Shown one piece after another: positions 20,544-27,862 of a stretch of 27,862 bases of DNA (positions within the stretch are counted from its first letter, which is position 1; every line of letters begins with the position of its first letter). Origin of the DNA: Veleropilina oligotropha. Its lineage: Eukaryota. The position numbers and the translations under genes were made by a program. Location: positions 248,001 through 275,862 of the forward strand of contig JBEUKZ010000101.1 of assembly GCA_048128005.1 (NCBI GenBank), read 5' to 3'. The notes beneath the pieces were generated by a model. The model was given only the letters and a program-made list of their open reading frames with translations. It was not told the DNA's origin and did not search any database.

Positions 20544-20639
20544 TTCACAATGGTCGTAAATACAGAAGCAAGATGGGATAAAATCACGGGCCTTTGACGC
20601 TAACCAGAAATATGAGCGAAATCCATCACTTGAGTTGAC

Positions 20640-23600
20640 GGGAGACGTGTGGTAAAGAGGAATAGTATCTGCCAATTCGAACATGTCGATGTTTGGGACG
20701 TGATCAACTCTTTTGATACCCAGCATGATCCTCATTACATGCATGACGTCATGACACATGATTCACAGCCATATAACAGGACAGTAGAGCAGGTAACATT
20801 TAAGAGCTTGATCTTCTTTCTGCATGATATGCTCTTACTCCTCCAGATCGTCGAACTTCAAAAAAGCGCACAACGCAAGACCTCTTCTCCTTTTCAGGTC
20901 GCTCGAAGAGTCCGGTACCATCCATCCTAGATATAGAAATTCTTTGACGTTCTTGATTTTCTCGCCGTTGCATGACATGCAGCGATAATTCAATAATTAT
21001 GATGTGTCTGTCTTTCCAGTCCTGATGATTAGGCCAAGCTCCTTTGCCGCGTCACCTGTGCTCGTCATTTGTTGTTGAACACTCGCACCGTCTGAGTCTA
21101 GAAGATAAATGTTACCCGCGAGTTCGAGATCGTTCATGCGTTAATTGTTCGCCATGTAGAACGCCAGTCGTCATATTAAATCTGTCCGCTGCACTACCAT
21201 TGACATATACTGCGCTCCGCGAGTTCAGACCGAGTGCCTTGATGGCATCCACTACGCATTGGGAGCGATATGGGGCGGATTATATTCAAGAGATTTTTGT
21301 TGTAGACTTTTGCGGCGATCGACATCAGCGAAAAGCCTCTGTAGTTGGTCATAAGCATCAAGTCCCCTTTCTTTGGAGTCGGTGTGATCACGTTCGTCCT
21401 CCACTGATCTGGAGGAATAAGACTGGCATAGACTTCCGCGAAAAAGCGATGCATAGCCTTCAGTATAACGCATCCACCACCTTTTATGTATGGCCCACAG
21501 TATAACGCACCCACCACCTTTCATGTATAGCCTTCAGTATAACTCACCCACCACCTTTCAGTATAACGCATCCACCACATTTCATGTGTAGCCTTCAGTA
21601 TAACGCATCCACCACCTTTTATGTATGGCCCACAGTATAACTCACCCACCACCTTTCAGTATAACGCATCCACCACATTTCATGTGTAGCCTTCAGTATA
21701 ACGCATCCACCACCTTTTATGTATGGCCCACAGTATAACGCACCCACCACCTTTCATGTATAGCCTTCAGTATAACTCACCCACCACCTTTCAGTATAAC
21801 GCATCCACCACATTTCATGTATGGCCCACAGTATAACGCATCCACCACATTTCAGTATAACGAATCCATCACCTTTCAGTATAACGCATCCACCACCTTT
21901 CAGTATAATGCATCCACCACCTTCAGTATAACGCATCCACCACCTTCAGTATAACGCATCCGCCACCTTTCAGTATAACGCAATCACCACATTTCATGTA
22001 TGGCCCACAGTATAACGCATCCACCACCTTTCTGTATAACGCATCCACCACCTTTCAGTATAACGCATCCACCACCTTTCAGTATAACGCATCCACCACC
22101 TTTCAGTATAACACATCCACCACATTTCAGTAAAATGCATCCACCACCTTTCAGTAAAACACATCCAACACCTTTCAGTATAACGCATCCACCACCTTTC
22201 AGTATAACGCACCCACCACTTTTCAGTATAACGCATCTACCACATATAAGTAAAATGCATCCACAACATTTCAGTAAAATTCATCCACCACCTTTCAGTA
22301 TAACGCATCCACCCCATTTCAGTATAACACATCCACCACCTTTCAGTATAACGCGTCCACCACATTTCAGTAAAATGCATCCACCACCATTCAGTATAAC
22401 GCATCCACCACCTTTCAGCATAACGCATCCACCACCTTTCAGTATAACACATCCACCACCTTTCAGTATAACGCATCCACCACATTTCAGTATAACGCAT
22501 CCACCACCTTTCAGTGTAACCCATCCACCACCTTTCGGCATAACGCATCCACCACCTTTCGGTATAATGCATCCACCACCTTCAGTATAACGCATCCACC
22601 ACCTTTCAGTATAACGCATCCACCACCTTTCAGTATAATGCACCCACCACCTTTCAGTGTAACGCATCCACCAGCTTTCGGTATAACGCATCCACCACCT
22701 TTTGGTATAACGCATCCACCACCTTCAGTATAATGCATCCACCACCTTTCAGTATAACGCATCCACCGCCTTTCAGTATAATGCATCCACCACCTTTCAG
22801 TTTCACGCATGAACCACCTTTCAATATAACGCATCCACCACCTTTCAGTGTAATGCATCCACCACCTTTCGGTATAATGCATCAACCACCTTTCGGTATA
22901 ACGCATCCACCACCTTCAGTATAACGCATCCACCACCTTTCGGTATAACGCATCCACCACCTTCAGTATAACGCATCCACCACCTTTCAGTATAATGCAT
23001 CCACCACTTTTCAGTATAACGCATCCACCACCTTCAGTATAACGCATCTACCACCTTTCAGTATAACGCATCCACCACCTTTCAGTATAACGCATCCACC
23101 ACCTTTCAGTGTAACGCATCCACTACCTTTCGGTATAACGCATCCACCACTTTTCGGTATAATGCATCCACCACCTTCAGTATAACGCATCCACCACCTT
23201 TCGGAATAACGCATCCACCACATTCAGTATAACGCATCCACCACCTTTCAGTATAACGCATCCACCACCTTTCAGCATAATGCATCCACCACTGTTCGGT
23301 ATAGTGCATCCACCACCTTTCGGTATAACGCATCCACCACCTTTATAGCCTTCAGTATTACGCATCGACCACCTTCAGTATAACATTTCCACCACCTTTC
23401 AGTATAACACATCCAGCACCTTTCAGTATAATGCATCCACCACCTTTCAGTATAATGCATCCACCACCTTTCTGTATAACGCATCCACCACCTTTCGGTA
23501 TAACGCATCCACCACCTTTCAGTAAAATGCATCCTCCACCTTTCAGTATAATGCATCCACCACCTTTCAGTATAACACATCCACCACCTTTCAGTATAAC

Positions 23601-25180
23601 GCATCCACCACCTTTCGGTATAATGCATCCACCACCTCTCAGTATAGCGCATCCACCACCTGTATAGCCTTCAGTATAACGCATCCACCACCATCATTAT
23701 AACGTTTCCACCACCTTTCAGTATAAACGCATCCACCATCTTTCAGCATAACGAATCCACTACCTTCATTATAACGCATCCACCACCTTTCAGTATAATG
23801 CATCCGCCATCTTTCATGTATAACCTTCAGTATAGCGCATCCACCACCTTTCATGTATGGCCCACAGTATAACGTATCCACCACCTTTCAGTATAACGTA
23901 TCCACAACATTTCATGTATAGCCTTCAGTATAACGCATCCACCACCTTCAGTATAACGCATCCACCACCTTTCATTATAATAGATCCACCACCTTCAGTA
24001 TAACGCATCCACCACATTCAGTATAACGCATCCACCATCTTTCATGTATGTCCCCCAGTATAACGCATCCACCATCTTTAGTATAACGCATCCACCACGT
24101 TCAGTATATCGCATCTGCCACCTTTCAGTATAACGCATGCATCACCTTTATAGCCTTCAGTATAACGCATCCACCACCTTCAGAATAACGCATCCACCAC
24201 CTTCAGTATAACGTTTCCACAACCTTTCAGTATAACGCATCCACCACCTTTCAGTATAACGCATCCACCACATTTCAGTATAACGCATCCACCACCTTTC
24301 AAGGCTTCTGCCGTTATAACTGAGACAAAAACAGGGGATTTCCTGTCTTTCATTTATTTTATGGCCTGTTAAGTTTCTTTCAGAGAATGTCGTTTATAAT
24401 CTTCCAGGTGTTGGTCAGCTATTTTCAACTCCTCAATTTGGCGCAGTAAGTACTCTTCTTCATCTGTAGATTATGAATCGTCTAACAGTGAATTGACTGT
24501 TTTCCAGTTGAAATTCAATTGTCGTGTCTTGGACTGTGTGAATTTGAGTTTTGCACTTTCATTTTTCAGTTTAATAGTGCGATCCGATACCAAGTGTGCC
24601 AAACTGCACTTTTTTCGATTTCCAACAACCTCTTCAGCAACTTTCTCGAGGACTTACAAAGCTGTGGTATCGCTCATTTATTGGTGCACCATGACGTCTC
24701 GTCCACCAGCTCAAGTGCGTCGAATCTGTTGGATAATTTCAACTGAAATATTGCACGCACGGTGATCTCTTGTAGTTGTTTCCAGTTATAATTAACGCGC
24801 TTCGGTTTTCGCTGTTCTCAAGCTGATCTTGAGTTTAACGATTAGAATTCGATGGTCTGCGTTTAGTTCGACGGAGTTGTATGCTCGGCTGTTTCGAAGA
24901 GAGTGTGTCCACTAAATGCCTATGAGTATGTGATCCAATTGGTGTATTGACCCTGTTGGGTGTGACCACGTCCATATATCTAGTTTGAACTGTTCACAAA
25001 TATCAGTTACACGTTTGCCATTATTGTTCGTATGGTCGCAGAAACAGTGCTGTCCCATCATCATGGAATGAAGTTTATGACCATCCATACCTCTCCTGGC
25101 ATACAAATCGCATAGAGCTATGTTGATTTCTTGACGATTTCCAGGTGACTTGACAACTTTTTGTAAAATTCGTCCTCAGA
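20640..25180 (-). mobile_element. Decayed RTE-clade LINE (endonuclease and RT remnants), split by a minisatellite
   Basis: EN: NNNGKR, WTWSHP, QLDHILI, DHRIL (24840-25030). RT: ITAEALKGG, PKKGDL..NYRGFSLMSIAAKVYNK, GVLHG, FLYLG, VLLYGCES, RIMLGIKRVDHVPN. Many frameshifts and deletions. Confidence 0.88.
21457..24300. repeat. 21-bp minisatellite, ~2.8 kb, with 20/21/33-bp variants
   Basis: Unit cagtataacgcatccaccaccttt-like (ttcagtataacgcatccaccacct). Confidence 0.97.
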
Positions 25181-25182
25181 TT

Positions 25183-26410
25183 TTACCTTGTACTTATCTA
25201 CTGGGTGCCTTGTGGCACATAAGGCTTCTGTTGGTTACCTTTTATCTGGTACTTATCCACTGGGTGCCTTGTGGCACATAAGGCTTCTGTTGGTTACCTT
25301 TTATCTGGTACCTATCCACTAGGTGCCTCGTGGTACATAAGGCTTGTGTTGGTTATCGTTTATCTGGTACCTATCCACTGGGTGCCTTGTGGCACATAAG
25401 GCTTCTGTTGGTTACCTTTTATCTGGTACCTATCCACTGGGTGCCTTGTGGCACATAAGGCTTCTGTTGGTTACCTTTTATCTGGTACCTATCCACTGGG
25501 TGCCTTGTGGCACATAAGGCTTCTGTTGGTTACCTTTTATCTGGTACCTATCCACTGGGTGCCTTGTGGCACATAAGGCTTCTGTTGGTTACCTTTTATC
25601 TGGTACCTATCCACTGGGTGCCTTGTGGCACATAAGGCTTCTGTTGGTTACCTTTTATCTGGTACCTATCCACTGGCTGCCTTGTGGCACATAAGGCTTC
25701 TGTTGGTTACCATTTATCTGGTATTTATCCACTGGGTGCCTTGTGGCACATAAGGCTTCTGTTGGTTACCTTTTATCTGGTACCTATCCACTGGGTGCCT
25801 TGTGGCACATAAGGCTTCTGTTGGTTACCTTTTATCTGGTACCTATCCACTGGGTGCCTTGTGGCACATAAGGCTTCTGTTGGTTACCTTTTATCTGGTA
25901 CTTATCCACTGGGTGCCTTGTGGCACATAAGGCTTCTGTTGGTTACCATTTATCTGGTACCTATCCACTGGGTGCCTTGTGGCACATAAGGCTTCTGTTG
26001 GTTACCTTTTATCCGGTACCTATCCACTGGGTGCCTTGTGGCACATAAGGCTTCTGTTGGTTACCTTTTATCTGGTACCTATCCACTGGGTGCCTTGTGG
26101 CACATAAGGCTTCTGTTGGTTACCTTTTATCTGGTACCTATCCACTGGGTGCCTTGTGGCACATAAGGCTTCTGTTGGTTACCTTTTATCTGGTACCTAT
26201 CCACTGGGTGCCTTGTGGCACATAAGGCTTCTGTTGGGTACCTTTTATCTGGTACCTATCCACTGGGTGCCTTGTGGCACATATGGCTTCTGTTGGTTAC
26301 CTTTTATCTGATACGTATCCACTGGGTGCCTTGTGGCACGTAAGGCTTCTGTTGGTTACCTTTTATCTGGTACTTATCCACTGGGTGCCTTGTGGCACAT
26401 ATGGCTTCCA
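25183..26410. repeat. 59-bp minisatellite, ~21 units
   Basis: Unit ttttatctggtacctatccactgggtgccttgtggcacataaggcttctgttggttacc. Confidence 0.97.
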
Positions 26411-26622
26411 CAGAACTTCTCCACCAGCTCTGCTGCCGCTGAACTAGCCTCTATTTGCCATCCGGTATTAGCACATTATTTTCCTACTGTCCTTTGCCGT
26501 GTGGTTTTTTATCTGCTTCGCTTCCTTCTCCCTTCAGGGGCCCAAGTTATCGCTACATTGCAGGCATTGGATGGCTCTTGACGCAGTGTGTGGCCAATGA
26601 ATTTCCATCTTCTTATTCTTAT
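26370..26622 (-). mobile_element. 5'-truncated RTE/RTE-X-like LINE 3' end
   Basis: Minus strand translates IRIRRWKFIGHTLRQ...AITWAPEGRRKRSR*KTT, resembling the RTE C-terminal RRWxWxGHxLR / WxPxGxRxRGRPKxTW motif. Confidence 0.8.
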
Positions 26623-26639
26623 ATAATAATGTGAAGATT

Positions 26640-26962
26640 TATCTGCGCTTTCCCACACATAGGAAACGCGTGCTCAAAGCGCTTACATTATTATTCCCCT
26701 CGTTATTGGCCTGTTCATTCAATATTCCTTCTCAACTCTCTCTGAGAGTATTACGGTCAAGTACATGCCTGTTAGGCGCTTGACCAGTCATTCTGACATA
26801 TTCTGCCACTGCCAACCAGGTACCCATTTAGATCTCAGATCGGCTGGGTGAACCGAGGCAATATATGCTTAATTCCTTGCCCAAGGGAAGTCGCCGGGAT
26901 CGGCGTTGAACCCCAAACCTCTCGAGTGAGAGGCCAGTGCATCTACCACTGTACCACGGCTG
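26640..26962 (-). mobile_element. tRNA-derived SINE with Nin/Deu-like central domain and L2-like tail
   Basis: Head GTGGTACAGTGGTAGATG...GGTTCAACGCC, core ccttgggcaagg...ttcacccagc...taaatgggtacctg, tail tgtaagcgctttgagcac. Confidence 0.75.
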
Positions 26963-27064
26963 CATCAGTCATATCATCAGTCATCAGTGATTCACTCAGA
27001 TGTTTCATTTATGTCTTGCTAATAGTTCTTCTGTTGTAACCCTTGCCTGCTATATTATTCTAGC

Positions 27065-27160
27065 GGCATAGGCGGTTGAGTGGTTAGCGTGTCAAACTCA
27101 CAACCGAAGCTGTTAGCTGGTACCGGGTTCGAGACCAGCGGCGATCCGTTCTACCGCCAG
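27065..27160 (+). other. tRNA-like sequence (pseudo-tRNA or SINE head)
   Basis: A box GGTTGAGTGGTTAGCG, B box GGGTTCGAGACC and variable-arm hairpin AGCTgttAGCT. Acceptor and anticodon stems do not pair. Confidence 0.55.
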
Positions 27161-27186
27161 ATAAAACGGATTACGGGAATTTCAAC

Positions 27187-27590
27187 TTGACTAGTAATGC
27201 GACAGATAACGCACCACTTATCGACGATGAAAGTATATCTTTCAAAAATGAAGAGAAACGTGTTTATCGTTTTTCGGAACCGATAACAACGGAAAATTTA
27301 AATCAGATGCACCATGATAGGGTTCCTGCGAATACAATATATCGGGATAATTGGGCAGTCTCCGTATTTGAAGCTTGGAAGAACGAGTGAGCAATAAGAA
27401 GTAAAGATAGCCCCGTATATGCGCCACCAACAGGGTGCTCGGATGTACAGCATATTAATATGACAAAACCGGGCTTAAACGAATGTTTGTCGTATTTCAT
27501 AAGTGAAGCTAGAAAACAAGATGGTGGGGATTATCCACCCGATATTATATATGCATTAGCCATGTCTTTACAGCATTATTTGAGGGAACT
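27187..27590 (+). pseudogene. Crypton-like (ZMYM/KCTD1/QRICH1 DUF3504-associated) tyrosine recombinase N-terminal fragment
   Basis: RF..VPANTIYRDNWAVSVFEAW and LNECLSYFISEARKQDGGDYPPDIIY..SLQHYLRE are in the same frame, separated by one TGA (27388-27390). Confidence 0.8.
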
Positions 27591-27862
27591 GCGATTTGAC
27601 AAAAATATTGTCCGAGTGGTCATAAATCTTCAATACAAACTGGTCAGCATTTCGTGTAGCGTGTACGTGAATGCTATATTTGACCATTATAGTAAAAACG
27701 CAATGATTTGGTGCAAAATTAATGCAAATTTAGACTCGAATAACAAATAATTATGTTTTTATTTCCAGTCCATTTAATAAAACCACGAGTTCACTTTATC
27801 TACAACCACTCAAAGTACCCAGAAACGACTGCTGGTACGCTGTTACTCCAATAGGCCACAAC

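Noticed and set aside
21460..24300. Repetitive ORFs (HPPPFSIT, RWWMRYTE, KGGGCVIL) as proteins
   Set aside because: They are by-products of a stop-poor tandem unit inside a dead LINE, with frequent frame switches.
2497..26410. Tandem arrays as CRISPR arrays
   Set aside because: Units are head-to-tail with no unique spacers, there are no cas genes, and the context is eukaryotic.
27065..27160. Functional tRNA gene
   Set aside because: Acceptor and anticodon stems do not pair.
27388..27390. In-frame TGA as selenocysteine or readthrough
   Set aside because: No SECIS evidence, and CpG decay in a dead transposon is the simpler explanation.

Overview
Animal (most likely marine invertebrate) nuclear DNA, not prokaryotic. 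The backbone is the 5' part of an ATG2 autophagy lipid-transfer gene on the minus strand: seven coding exons (19268 down to 297) join in frame, and the gene runs off the left edge. Intron 4 is a 13.3-kb GC-AG intron filled almost entirely by nested transposons. An outer Helentron-type non-autonomous element (~3684-16219) contains a small Helitron, an inverted element with the same termini, and a full-length young DIRS1-type tyrosine-recombinase retrotransposon (8008-15431). The DIRS has identical 201-bp ITRs, an internal complementary region matching the circle junction, and gag, RT/RNaseH/methyltransferase-like and YR reading frames. One small deletion breaks its pol. Undoing that deletion shows gag and the YR ORF in one frame separated by a single UAG, with pol encoded over them in the +1 frame for about 2 kb. 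Several minisatellites have a readable origin: one amplifies an ATG2 splice donor 16 times, one expanded inside a LINE RT coding region, and one iterates a LINE 3' stem-loop. Upstream of ATG2 lie RTE LINE remnants, SINEs and a decayed Crypton-like recombinase ORF behind a tRNA-like head. All family calls come from recalled motifs; no searches were run.
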